NCBI GenBank assembly: GCA_023819225.1
Contig: JAMWCZ010000004.1
Coordinates: 1-35,804 of the forward strand
DNA: 35,804 nucleotides
DNA from: Candidatus Omnitrophota bacterium
GTDB lineage: Bacteria > Ratteibacteria > UBA8468 > B48-G9 > JAFGKM01
Reading direction: 5' to 3'
Of this stretch, positions 1-8,570 are shown piece after piece. The translations under genes were made by a program, and so were the position numbers. Below the pieces are notes generated by a model. It searched no databases and was not told the origin of the DNA. It saw only the letters and a program-made list of their open reading frames with translations. Position 1 is the stretch's first letter; each line of letters opens with the position of its first letter.

Positions 1-337
1 ATGGATGTATATTTATAATCTTCCCATAAAAATTTTTCAAAAATTCCTCTTTGATAACTCTCATAAAACCGGCAAGGCATACAAGGTCGGTCTTACATTC
101 CTGTAATACCTTTACATATTCCTTTTCTGTTTCATTTGAAAGGATTGTCTTATATCTCTTTTCCTGTATGCAGTAGTGTTTTATCCCTTCCTTTTTTGCT
201 ATTTCAAGTGCACCTGATGAAGGATTATCACTAAGTATTACACCTATATCAACAGGAATCTCTCCTCCCTTTACATTTTCTATGATTGCTTTTACATTAC
301 TTCCTTTACCTGATGCAAGTAGTGCTACTGTAAACAT
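1..337 (-). CDS. purN: Phosphoribosylglycinamide formyltransferase, 3'-truncated by the window edge (not in the ORF track)
   Basis: Manual translation from ATG 337 gives MFTVALLASGKGSNVKAII...VILSDNP...DLVCLAGFMRVI...GKIINIHP. SD AGGAG lies upstream, and the start overlaps the end of the MerR gene. Confidence 0.93.
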   Translation of the reverse strand, partial: MFTVALLASGKGSNVKAIIENVKGGEIPVDIGVILSDNPSSGALEIAKKEGIKHYCIQEKRYKTILSNETEKEYVKVLQECKTDLVCLAGFMRVIKEEFLKNFYGKIINIHP

Positions 338-642
338 TTTTTTATCTCCTTTATGTCTTTTAAAATATCTTTAAGGAATTTTTTTATATCTTCTTTCTTT
401 TCTTTAATATCTTTCTCTCTCAGTTTTTTCTTTACACCTCTTATTTTATATCCTTCATTATAGACCAAAAATTTTATTCTGTTAATTTTTTCAATATCTT
501 TTTCTGTATATATCCTGTGTCCTTTCTGGTCCCTTAATGGTTTTATAAAAGAGAGTTGCTTTTCCCAGAACCGGATTATATGGGCAGGCAGTTCAACCAT
601 CTTGCTTACCTCCCCTATGTAATAAAATTTCTCTTTCTCCAT
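325..642 (-). CDS. MerR-family transcriptional regulator
   Basis: YYIGEVSKMVELPAHIIRFWEK...GHRIYTEKDI is a MerR HTH with a short coiled-coil tail. Confidence 0.88.
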   Translation of the reverse strand: MEKEKFYYIGEVSKMVELPAHIIRFWEKQLSFIKPLRDQKGHRIYTEKDIEKINRIKFLVYNEGYKIRGVKKKLREKDIKEKKEDIKKFLKDILKDIKEIKKCLQ

Positions 643-1631
643 TATTCTTCTTTCGGTCTTCTTGTCATAAGTTTTTTGATTTCCATTTCTGGCTGTGCAT
701 TTTTGTATATAATTCTATAAATTGATTCCATTATTGGTAGTTCAGCATTTAACTTTCTACTTAATCTATAAAATGCCTCTGTTGCAAAAAGTCCTTCTAT
801 TACCATCTTTTGCTCTTTAAGATACCTTTCCTTACCTGTTTTTATTATTGCCTCTCCAAATGACCTATTTCTGCTGGACTTACTGAAAGATGTAGTTATC
901 AGGTCTCCTATCCCTGAAAGTCCTCTAAATGTCTTTTCTTTCCCACCAAGCCGACATCCTATCTTAATCATCTCATTCAACCCTCTTGTAAGGTATGCGG
1001 ACTTTGTATTTATTCCCAGTCCAAGCCCATCAATTATGCCTGCACCTATGGCAATCACATTTTTAAATGCACCACCAATCTCAACACCTTTTACATCAGT
1101 ACTTGTATATATTCTTAATGTCTCGCAACCCAATATCTTTTGAAATAGAAGTCCGGTGTTTTTTCTGTTTGTTGCGACAACGGCTGCTGAAGGCATCCCT
1201 TTTGCTATTTCCTTTGCAATTGTGGGACCGGAGAGGACTCCAAAGGGGACATTACTTCCAAGTTCAGATATTATAATCTCTGACATACTGTTTCCCGTGG
1301 ATGTTTCAAGTCCTTTTGTCCCTGTAAGTAGTGGCTGCCCTCTGTAAAAATTTTTCAGTTGTTTTACTGTGTCTCTGAAAAAAGTAGACCTTACTACTAT
1401 TATAATAACATCGGAATGTAAGACAACTTTTTTTATAGAACCCGTGATATCAACATCGTCTGGAATTTTAAATCCAGGGAAATAGTCAGGACTTTCTCTT
1501 TTCTCTTTAAGTACAGCAAGATTTTTTTTAATTGGTTCCCACAGTATTATCTTGTACTCCTTTTTTTCCAGAAGACGGGTTAGAGTTATTCCCCATCCAC
1601 CTGCTCCTATGACTCCTATCTTTTCTTCCAT
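642..1631 (-). CDS. gpsA: NAD(P)H-dependent glycerol-3-phosphate dehydrogenase
   Basis: Motifs GAGGWG, TKGLE, LSGPT, GGAFKNVIAI, GIGDLITT and SRNR; adjacent to plsY. Confidence 0.95.
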   Translation of the reverse strand: MEEKIGVIGAGGWGITLTRLLEKKEYKIILWEPIKKNLAVLKEKRESPDYFPGFKIPDDVDITGSIKKVVLHSDVIIIVVRSTFFRDTVKQLKNFYRGQPLLTGTKGLETSTGNSMSEIIISELGSNVPFGVLSGPTIAKEIAKGMPSAAVVATNRKNTGLLFQKILGCETLRIYTSTDVKGVEIGGAFKNVIAIGAGIIDGLGLGINTKSAYLTRGLNEMIKIGCRLGGKEKTFRGLSGIGDLITTSFSKSSRNRSFGEAIIKTGKERYLKEQKMVIEGLFATEAFYRLSRKLNAELPIMESIYRIIYKNAQPEMEIKKLMTRRPKEE

Positions 1632-2218
1632 GGCAGATTTATCCTGTTTTCTTTTTTTGTTAATAGCCGTTTTATATTACTCCTGTGAGCATAAATAATA
1701 AGGACTGATATAATAATTCCTGTGATAGTAAGAAAAATGTTTTTATGAAATAGATATACAAGAAAGGGCAGTAATAGAGACGCAGTAATAGCACCTAATG
1801 ATACATATCTGCTTGTTATAACAACAGCAAGCCATACAATCAGTGAAAGTAGAGCGGGGAAAGGGAAAAGTCCTATAACTACACCAAAACCAGTGGAGAC
1901 ACCTTTACCACCCCTACCTTTTAAAAATATAGAAAAGTTATGGCCTGCAATGGAAACAATTCCTGTGGATATTACATAAAGAACAGGGAGAGAAAAAATT
2001 TTTGCCAGAAGAACAGGAAGGAACCCTTTTAGTATATCAAACACAAGGACTGCACTGGCTAATTTGCCTCCTGCAACTCTGTATACATTGGTGGCTCCGA
2101 TATTGCCGCTTCCATATTTTCTTATATCTATCTTTTTAATAAAGCGACATAATAAATAGCCAGCAGGGATACTTCCTATCAAATAAGCCCCTATTATAAC
2201 AGATAGAAAGGTTATCAC
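1616..2218 (-). CDS. plsY: Glycerol-3-phosphate acyltransferase
   Basis: Motifs YLIGSIP, GSGNIGATNVYR, DILKG, GHNFS..GGKGVST and HRSNIKRL; multi-pass hydrophobic; GTG start. Confidence 0.95.
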   Translation of the reverse strand: MITFLSVIIGAYLIGSIPAGYLLCRFIKKIDIRKYGSGNIGATNVYRVAGGKLASAVLVFDILKGFLPVLLAKIFSLPVLYVISTGIVSIAGHNFSIFLKGRGGKGVSTGFGVVIGLFPFPALLSLIVWLAVVITSRYVSLGAITASLLLPFLVYLFHKNIFLTITGIIISVLIIYAHRSNIKRLLTKKENRINLPWKKR

Positions 2219-2221
2219 TTA

Positions 2222-2860
2222 TTAGATGTTCAACAACTCTTTTACTTTATCCACAGCACTTGCTGCATCAGGAGCATAGCCGTCTGCACCTATCTCATCC
2301 GCATAGCTCTGTGTTATTGGTGCTCCTCCTATGACGACCTTTACCTGGTCTTTTAATCCTTCCTTTTTAAGTGCTTCTATAACATCTTTCATCGCCACCA
2401 TAGTTGTTGTTAAAAGAGCAGAGAGCCCTAAAACTTTTGCCCCTTTTTTGGCTGCTTCAACAAATTTTTCAGGTGGCACATCTATACCAAGGTCTTCAAC
2501 TTCAAAGCCGGCGCCCTTCCACATCATAATTACTAAATTTTTTCCTATGTCGTGAAGGTCGCCCTTTACCGTTCCAATAGCAAGTTTTGCAAGTGGCTGG
2601 ATTCCTGCCTTAGCAATAAGTGGCTCTATTATGCCCATACCTGCATGCATTGCCCTTGCAGCAATTAAAACCTCCGGGACATAAAATTCATTGTTTTTGA
2701 ATTTTACGCCTACAACATTCATCCCTGCGATGAGACCCTCATTCAGGATTTTAGAAACATCAATATTTTCTCTTACTGCCTTTTCCACCAATTCTTTTGT
2801 TTTTGTTGCATTTCCTGATATTACACTTTCCTTAACCCCACCAAGAATATCCTCTGCCAT
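2222..2860 (-). CDS. Corrinoid (cobalamin-binding) methyl-carrier protein, MtbC/MttC/MetH B12-domain family
   Basis: GDLHDIGKNLV (DxHxxG), SALLTTT, GGAP, and a cap domain with EFYVPEVLIAARAM. Start moved to ATG 2860 (MAEDILGG) because AGGAGG lies just upstream. Confidence 0.9.
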   Translation of the reverse strand: MAEDILGGVKESVISGNATKTKELVEKAVRENIDVSKILNEGLIAGMNVVGVKFKNNEFYVPEVLIAARAMHAGMGIIEPLIAKAGIQPLAKLAIGTVKGDLHDIGKNLVIMMWKGAGFEVEDLGIDVPPEKFVEAAKKGAKVLGLSALLTTTMVAMKDVIEALKKEGLKDQVKVVIGGAPITQSYADEIGADGYAPDAASAVDKVKELLNI

Positions 2861-2891
2861 TTTACCTCCTTTGTTTTGTAATGGTTTTACA

Positions 2892-2919
2892 ATTATATAC
2901 AATTTATTTTTTCTGTCAA
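2892..2919 (-). promoter_or_regulatory. Sigma70-type promoter of the corrinoid-plsY-gpsA-merR-purN operon
   Basis: TTGACA (2919-2914), 16 nt, TATAAT (2897-2892); both hexamers are perfect consensus. Confidence 0.75.
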
Positions 2920-2921
2920 GT

Positions 2922-2949
2922 TTGTATAAAAACAAAATTGGTGTATAAT
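2922..2949 (+). promoter_or_regulatory. Sigma70-type promoter for tRNA-Val and possibly dnaK
   Basis: TTGTAT, 16 nt, TATAAT; back-to-back with the minus-strand promoter. Confidence 0.6.
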
Positions 2950-2987
2950 ATATCACAATTATTCCGCTATTGCAAAAATAATTAACT

Positions 2988-3060
2988 GGGCGGTTAGCTC
3001 AGTGGCAAGAGCGCTACCCTTACAAGGTAGAAGTCGCAGGTTCAAGTCCTGCACCGCCCA
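2988..3060 (+). tRNA. tRNA-Val (anticodon TAC), CCA not encoded
   Basis: GGGCGGT acceptor stem pairs with ACCGCCC; D-arm GCTC/GAGC; anticodon arm CTACC-CTTACAA-GGTAG; T-arm GCAGG-TTCAAGT-CCTGC. Confidence 0.97.
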
Positions 3061-3069
3061 TGATTAACA

Positions 3070-3155
3070 CCCCTCACCCTTACCCTCTCCTCGTAGGGAC
3101 GAGGGTAAGCCCATCACCCTGGCCCTCTCCCCATCGGGGAGAGGAGAAGGTGAGG
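3070..3155. repeat. Two tandem REP-like GC-rich palindromes (CCCTCACCCT..CCCTCTCC..GGAGAGG family)
   Basis: CCCCTCACCCTTACCCTCTCCTCGTAGGGACGAGGGTAAG, then CCCATCACCCTGGCCCTCTCCCCATCGGGGAGAGGAGAAGGTGAGG. Related copies occur at about 5981, 8293, 30731 and 34267. Confidence 0.75.
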
Positions 3156-3258
3156 AGGCATAATGGCCGAAGGAGAAAATAAATGGGAGAGGAGGATTGA
3201 AACTTATTAATAACTTTCTCATCTAAATTTAATAAAAAGAAAAACGGAGGGATGTAAA

Positions 3259-5142
3259 ATGGCAGAAAAAATTATTGGTATAGACCTTGGAACGAGCAAT
3301 TCTTCCGCTGCTGTTATGGAAGGAGGAAAGCCAGTTATTATTCCGAGTGCAGAAGGAACTACTATTGTTGGAGGTAAGGCATTTCCTTCATATGTTGCAT
3401 TTACAAAAGACGGGCAGGTACTGGTTGGAGAGCCGGCAAGAAGGCAGGCGGCAGTTAATCCTGAAGGGACTGTCTTTGCTGCTAAAAGGAAGATGGGGAC
3501 TGACTATAAGTATAATATTTATGGAAAGGCATATACCCCTGAACAGATTTCCGCATATATCCTCCAGAAGATAAAAAGGGATGCAGAAACATTTTTAGGG
3601 AGTCCTGTCAAGAAGGCAGTAATAACCGTTCCTGCATATTTTAATGATAACCAGAGGCAAGCAACAAAAGATGCAGGTACTATTGCAGGGCTTGAGGTTG
3701 TGCGTCTCATCAATGAGCCAACAGCGGCATCCTTTGCCTACGGGCTTGATAAACTTCAGGCAGAACTAAAGATTCTTGTCTTTGATTTTGGTGCAGGAAC
3801 ACTTGATGTCACAATTATGGATATGATGGCAGGGGTTTTCAAGGTTCTTTCCACACACGGAGATACACAATTAGGCGGAACTGATATGGATGAGGTTTTG
3901 ATAAAGTATATTGTGGAAGAGTTCAAAAAGGAGTCAGGTATAGATGTAAGCAGGGATAAAATGGCGATGCAGAGAATTAAGGAAGCGGCAGAGAAGGCAA
4001 AAATAGAACTTTCTTCTACATTAGAAACAGAGATAAATCTACCTTTTATCACAGCAGACCAGACAGGGCCAAGACACCTTCAGATGAAGATAAGAAGGGC
4101 AAAACTTGAAGAACTGGTAGAGCCAATTATAGAAAGATGTAAAGGCCCTGTACAACAGGCAATAGAAGATGCAAAGTTAAAACCATCTGAGATTAACAAG
4201 GTTATCCTTGTTGGTGGACCTACAAGGATGCCGATTGTGCAGAAGTTTATAGAGGACTTCATCGGAATAAAACCGGAAAGAGGAGTTGACCCTATGGAGT
4301 GTGTATCCATAGGTGCTGCAATTCAGGGTGCTATCTTAAGCGGAGAGATGAAAGATAAGGATATTCTTCTTTTGGATGTGACACCACTTTCCCTCGGCGT
4401 GGAGACACTGGGAGGGGTATTTACAAAGATTATAGAACGGAATACAACTATACCTGTGAAAAAGAGCCAGATATTTACAACAGCAGCAGACAACCAACCA
4501 TCCGTTGAAATAAATGTTTTACAGGGCGAAAGACCTATGGCAAAGGACAACCTTAGTTTAGGAAGGTTCCACCTTGAAGGTATTCCACCTGCTCCGAGAG
4601 GAATTCCACAGATAGAAGTTACCTTTGATATTGATGCAAATGGAATCCTCCATGTGACAGCAAAAGATAAAGGAACGGGGAAGGAGCAGTCCATCAAGAT
4701 AACTGCTTCAAAAAAACTATCTCAGGAAGATATTGAGAAGATGGTTAAAGAGGCAGAGAGGTACGCAGAGGAAGACAAAAAGCAGAGGGAACTCATAGAG
4801 GTTGTTAATCAAGCGGATTCATTAATATATAATGTAAACAAAACACTGAAAGAGCATGGAGACAAGGTATCCGAGGCAGACAGAAAAAATATACAGGAAA
4901 AGATAGATGCACTGGATAAACTTATAAAGGCAGAGAAGAAAAGTAAGGAAGATATCCAAAGGGCGATAGATGAACTACAGCAGGCAGTTCATGGACTTGC
5001 CCAGGTTATATATCAACAGGCACAGCAACAGCAAACTGCGGGACAGCAACCCACATCTGAGCAGGAGACAGAGAAGAAAGAAGATAGAGGCAATGTTGTT
5101 GATGCTGAGTATAAAGAGGTTGATGACAAGGATAAGAAGTAA
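3259..5142 (+). CDS. dnaK: Chaperone DnaK (Hsp70), archaeal-like sequence type
   Basis: [75 protein letters not shown]. Confidence 0.98.
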   Translation: MAEKIIGIDLGTSNSSAAVMEGGKPVIIPSAEGTTIVGGKAFPSYVAFTKDGQVLVGEPARRQAAVNPEGTVFAAKRKMGTDYKYNIYGKAYTPEQISAYILQKIKRDAETFLGSPVKKAVITVPAYFNDNQRQATKDAGTIAGLEVVRLINEPTAASFAYGLDKLQAELKILVFDFGAGTLDVTIMDMMAGVFKVLSTHGDTQLGGTDMDEVLIKYIVEEFKKESGIDVSRDKMAMQRIKEAAEKAKIELSSTLETEINLPFITADQTGPRHLQMKIRRAKLEELVEPIIERCKGPVQQAIEDAKLKPSEINKVILVGGPTRMPIVQKFIEDFIGIKPERGVDPMECVSIGAAIQGAILSGEMKDKDILLLDVTPLSLGVETLGGVFTKIIERNTTIPVKKSQIFTTAADNQPSVEINVLQGERPMAKDNLSLGRFHLEGIPPAPRGIPQIEVTFDIDANGILHVTAKDKGTGKEQSIKITASKKLSQEDIEKMVKEAERYAEEDKKQRELIEVVNQADSLIYNVNKTLKEHGDKVSEADRKNIQEKIDALDKLIKAEKKSKEDIQRAIDELQQAVHGLAQVIYQQAQQQQTAGQQPTSEQETEKKEDRGNVVDAEYKEVDDKDKK

Positions 5143-5942
5143 TGAGGTATGTGCGTGTTGTTGTAGATGGTCTGGATGAAGAAGGAAACTACGGTATAAT
5201 TGAAGGCGAAACTATACGGATAATAAAAACATCTCCATTATTTTCTCCTTGTCAGGAAACAGGGATTAAAATTCCTTTCTCTGCGGTCAGAAAGTTTTTG
5301 CCACCTGTTGAACCACCCAACATTATTGCATTAGGGCTAAATTACAGGGAACATGCAAGAGAAAGCGATATGAAATTGCCATCTGCTCCTGTTATATTCT
5401 TGAAGGCAACCACTGCCATAACAGGTCATCTATCTCCCATTGTTCTCCCTAACGAAGCACCTGACTTTGTTGATTATGAGGCAGAACTTGTTATAGTTAT
5501 AAAGAAAAAGGCGAAAGATATTACTCCAGAAGATGCCTCTGATTATATACTGGGATATACCTGTGGCAATGATATTTCAGCAAGGGACTGTCAGCTGAAA
5601 TTAGACAGACAGTGGGCAAGGGCAAAGTCATTTGATACATTTGCTCCAGTAGGTCCCTGGATAGAAACAGATATTAATCCGGATAGTTTAGAGATTCAAT
5701 CACGGGTCAATGGTGTTATAATGCAGAAGTCAAACACAGTTGATATGATATTCAGTGTCTCAGAGATTGTTTCCTATCTTTCAAGACAGATGACGCTTCT
5801 ACCGGGAACTCTCATTATGACAGGGACACCTTCTGGTGTCGGGTTTGCAAAAAATCCCCCCATATTTCTGAGAGAAGGGGATACTGTTGAAATTGAAATA
5901 GAAGGTATAGGTATCCTGAAAAATCCTGTTGTCCGCACCTGA
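5142..5942 (+). CDS. Fumarylacetoacetate hydrolase (FAH) family protein
   Basis: GLNYREH, DYEAEL, GYTCGNDISARD, WARAKSFDTFAPVGP, TGTPSGVG. Confidence 0.92.
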   Translation: MRYVRVVVDGLDEEGNYGIIEGETIRIIKTSPLFSPCQETGIKIPFSAVRKFLPPVEPPNIIALGLNYREHARESDMKLPSAPVIFLKATTAITGHLSPIVLPNEAPDFVDYEAELVIVIKKKAKDITPEDASDYILGYTCGNDISARDCQLKLDRQWARAKSFDTFAPVGPWIETDINPDSLEIQSRVNGVIMQKSNTVDMIFSVSEIVSYLSRQMTLLPGTLIMTGTPSGVGFAKNPPIFLREGDTVEIEIEGIGILKNPVVRT

Positions 5943-5980
5943 AATAAAAAACAGTGGTTAGGTCTTGCTTTTTGCATTTA

Positions 5981-6017
5981 CCTCTCATCCGTATCCTCTC
6001 CTTGCAAGAGAGGGAGA
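5981..6017. terminator. Degenerate REP-like hairpin between convergent genes; possible bidirectional terminator
   Basis: CCTCTC-CTTGCAAG-AGAGG stem-loop preceded by CCTCTCATCC, in the gap between FAH (+) and ATPase D (-). Confidence 0.45.
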
Positions 6018-6058
6018 ATGTAAAGATGAAGTGGGATTTTTATGCTTTCTGAGAAATT

Positions 6059-6670
6059 CTACTTACTGATTAACTGGATGTGTTTGAGCATTACAAGAGA
6101 TGATCTTTCTGCTTCATTGAGTTTGAATGTTATAAATCTTATGGTCTCTTCAATATTTGGTATCAGGACATATTCAAGCGCATTAACCCTTCTTCTTGTT
6201 CTTTCAATCTCTGTGGCAAAACATATCAGTTTGTTTTCAAGGAAGGCAAGGTTGAGTAATCTTTTTAATACCTCTTTACCTTTTTCTGAGAGATATTGAT
6301 GATATGGCGTGAGTAAGTAATCAGGTAGGAACCTATCAGAAGAAATATGTAGATAAATTTTTGCTACAGGAATATTAAAAAACCTCTTTGTCTCCTGTGA
6401 AAATCTGGCTTTGAAAAAGTCGTTTTCAATAAAGGCATTCCATATCTTTTCATCAATAAGTCCTTTCATCTTCAAAGTATCCAGGTAGAACTGTAATATC
6501 TCTTCCTCAACGGACTTTCTCTCTTCTCTTACTTTTCCTATAAGGGACCTGAATTCTATCAGAAGTTGTTCTTCTTTGTCTTTCAGGAGTTTATGTCCTC
6601 TTTTTGCAAGGAGTAATCTTTTTCTGAGTTTGAGAAGTTCCATCCTGTTAGGATTAACCTTCAGTTTCAT
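6059..6670 (-). CDS. ntpD: V/A-type ATP synthase subunit D
   Basis: [26 protein letters not shown] and [18 protein letters not shown]. Start is ATG 6670 or GTG 6679; overlaps the end of subunit B. Confidence 0.93.
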   Translation of the reverse strand: MKLKVNPNRMELLKLRKRLLLAKRGHKLLKDKEEQLLIEFRSLIGKVREERKSVEEEILQFYLDTLKMKGLIDEKIWNAFIENDFFKARFSQETKRFFNIPVAKIYLHISSDRFLPDYLLTPYHQYLSEKGKEVLKRLLNLAFLENKLICFATEIERTRRRVNALEYVLIPNIEETIRFITFKLNEAERSSLVMLKHIQLISK

Positions 6671-8084
6671 TTTTACCACTCCAGTGTTTTTCCATAATCT
6701 CAGGAGGTACCCGCTTTATCTCAGAGACAGGAAGTAGATGCAAAAGTTTCCAGCCGATATCCAGGGTTTGTTTTATTGTTCTCTCCTCATCTGTCTTCTG
6801 CGAGATGAATTCTTTCTCAAGTTGTCTTGCAAACGAAAGGTGTGCAATATCTGTTTCTGTAAGGGATGCCTCGCCTAAAACCACAGCAAGTTCTTCTGCT
6901 TCTTTACCTCTGGCATAAGATGCAAATAATTGACTTGCTATAGATGGATGGTCCTCACGGGTTAACTCTTTCCCTGTCTTTCTGTCAACACCTATACCTT
7001 TATCCCTTAATCTTGAAAGAGATGTAAGTATATCAATCGGAGGATATATACCTTTCAGATGTAGTTGTCGTGAAAGTATTATCTGTCCTTCAGTTATATA
7101 GCCAGTAAGGTCTGGTATGGGATGGGTTTTATCATCCTCAGGCATTGTGAGTATTGGTATCTGCGTGACAGACCCTCCCCTTCCTTTAATTCTTCCTGCC
7201 CGTTCATAGATGGTTGAAAGGTCTGTGTATAGATAGGAAGGATAACCACGGCGTCCAGGTATTTCATTTCTTGCAGCGGATATCTCCCGTAGTGCCTCAG
7301 CATAGTTTGTCATATCTGTCAGTATCACAACAACATGCATATTGAGTTCAAAGGCAAGATACTCTGCTGCTGTGAGTGCTACACGAGGGGTTGCTATCCT
7401 TTCTATCGCTGGTTCATCTGCAAGGTTGATAAATATAACACATCTTTCTATTGCCCCTGCTTCTATGAATTCCTTTTGAAAGAATGCTGCTTCTTCAAAT
7501 GTAATACCCATAGCAGCAAAGACAACCGCAAAGGCGGTCTCTTCCTTTTCAGATGGAATCTTTGCCTGTTTTACTATCTGTGTGGCAATAATGTTATGTG
7601 GAAGACCAGCCCCTGAAAATATAGGGAGTTTCTGTCCCCTGACTAAACTATTCAGCCCATCTATTGCTGATATCCCTGTCTGGATAAATTCTGATGGATA
7701 GTCCCGTCTTACAGGATTAATAGGAGAGCCATTTATATCAAGGTAGTGGTTGGGTATTATATCAGGTCCTCCGTCTCTCACTTTTCCCAGTCCTGTAAAT
7801 ACCCTGCCAAGCATTTCAGGGGAGACACCAGCCCTTATCCCCCTTCCTGTAAATCTAATCTTTGTGCTGTCTTTACTCAATCCGGATGTGCCTTCAAAGA
7901 CCTGAACGAGTGCCTTATCCTGATAAATCTCAAGGACCTTCCCTAATCTATTTTCCTTCTGCAAGGTTGAAATCTCAACGAGTTCTCCGTAAGAGGCACC
8001 TTCAATCCCTTCAATCAGTATCAGCGGACCAGATATGCTTTCTATGCTTTTATATTCACGGATTGTTTTTAATAAAGAATTCAT
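6654..8084 (-). CDS. ntpB: V/A-type ATP synthase subunit B
   Basis: [73 protein letters not shown]. Confidence 0.96.
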   Translation of the reverse strand: MNSLLKTIREYKSIESISGPLILIEGIEGASYGELVEISTLQKENRLGKVLEIYQDKALVQVFEGTSGLSKDSTKIRFTGRGIRAGVSPEMLGRVFTGLGKVRDGGPDIIPNHYLDINGSPINPVRRDYPSEFIQTGISAIDGLNSLVRGQKLPIFSGAGLPHNIIATQIVKQAKIPSEKEETAFAVVFAAMGITFEEAAFFQKEFIEAGAIERCVIFINLADEPAIERIATPRVALTAAEYLAFELNMHVVVILTDMTNYAEALREISAARNEIPGRRGYPSYLYTDLSTIYERAGRIKGRGGSVTQIPILTMPEDDKTHPIPDLTGYITEGQIILSRQLHLKGIYPPIDILTSLSRLRDKGIGVDRKTGKELTREDHPSIASQLFASYARGKEAEELAVVLGEASLTETDIAHLSFARQLEKEFISQKTDEERTIKQTLDIGWKLLHLLPVSEIKRVPPEIMEKHWSGKNETEG

Positions 8085-8092
8085 AATATTTT

Positions 8093-8144
8093 ATTATATA
8101 TCAGAATTTAGTTGTATTGCAAAATTTTGGTTTTTGTGTATTAT
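8093..8144. promoter_or_regulatory. Divergent promoters sharing the palindromic -35 TTGCAA (8117-8122)
   Basis: Minus strand: TTGCAA, 18 nt, TATAAT (8098-8093), ending 8 nt before the ntpB ATG. Plus strand: TTGCAA, 16 nt, TATTAT (8139-8144). Confidence 0.55.
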
Positions 8145-8156
8145 ACAAAAATAAAC

Positions 8157-8495
8157 AATGTAGCGGTGCAATTCATTACATGATGTAGCGGTCGGACTTA
8201 TCCGACGATGTTCTCCCTATATAAGGGGGAAGACAAAGTTAAGGGTGGAGAGTTGAGAAAAAAGAGAGAAAGGCGTGAGAGGTGAAAGATTTCCCTCCCC
8301 CTACCCCTCGCCCCGCACAGCGGGGAGAGGGTATGGGTGAGGGGAGGCGGAAGATATGAGAATGTAACGGGGCAATTCATTGCACAATGTAGAGAGTTTA
8401 GGATTTAAAGTTTGAGATTTTGAAGCATCGGAATTTCAATCCGATGCGGGATTAGGGGGTGAACGGGGGAAACAATCTGGTTGCTCCCGTGGGGT
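8157..8495. repeat. Mosaic cluster of REP-like palindromes from several families
   Basis: GTAG-type units at 8157-8181, 8182-8206 (GTCGGA-CTTA-TCCGAC) and 8361-8385; CCCTC..GGGGAGAGGG..GGGTGAGGGG at 8293-8344; GCATCGGA-7nt-TCCGATGC at 8425-8447; ACGGG..CCCGT at 8463-8490. Confidence 0.75.
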
Positions 8496-8518
8496 GACAG
8501 GAAGCGAGAGCGATTATC

Positions 8519-8546
8519 TTGACAGAAGGCAAAATTGTAGTAAAGT
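8519..8546 (+). promoter_or_regulatory. Putative promoter of the ABC transporter
   Basis: TTGACA, 16 nt, TAAAGT; SD AGGAG before ATG 8571. Confidence 0.5.
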
Positions 8547-8570
8547 AAAATCTATATCAGGAGAAGAGAT

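Noticed and set aside
2988-3060. tRNA-Val as an integration site for an island
   Set aside because: No integrase and no duplicate of the tRNA 3' end was seen in the window; the only match noticed is a chance 10-mer inside gpsA.
3161-3258. CIRCE or heat-shock promoter upstream of dnaK
   Set aside because: No TTAGCACTC-N9-GAGTGCTAA and no convincing -35/-10 pair.
8198-8380. 60-aa ORF inside the repeat mosaic
   Set aside because: It is a translation of the palindromic repeats (PPLTLSSP-type low complexity).
8157-8392. CRISPR array from the repeated ATGTAGCGG units
   Set aside because: Only three degenerate copies with irregular spacing, no uniform spacers and no cas genes; better explained as REP-like elements.
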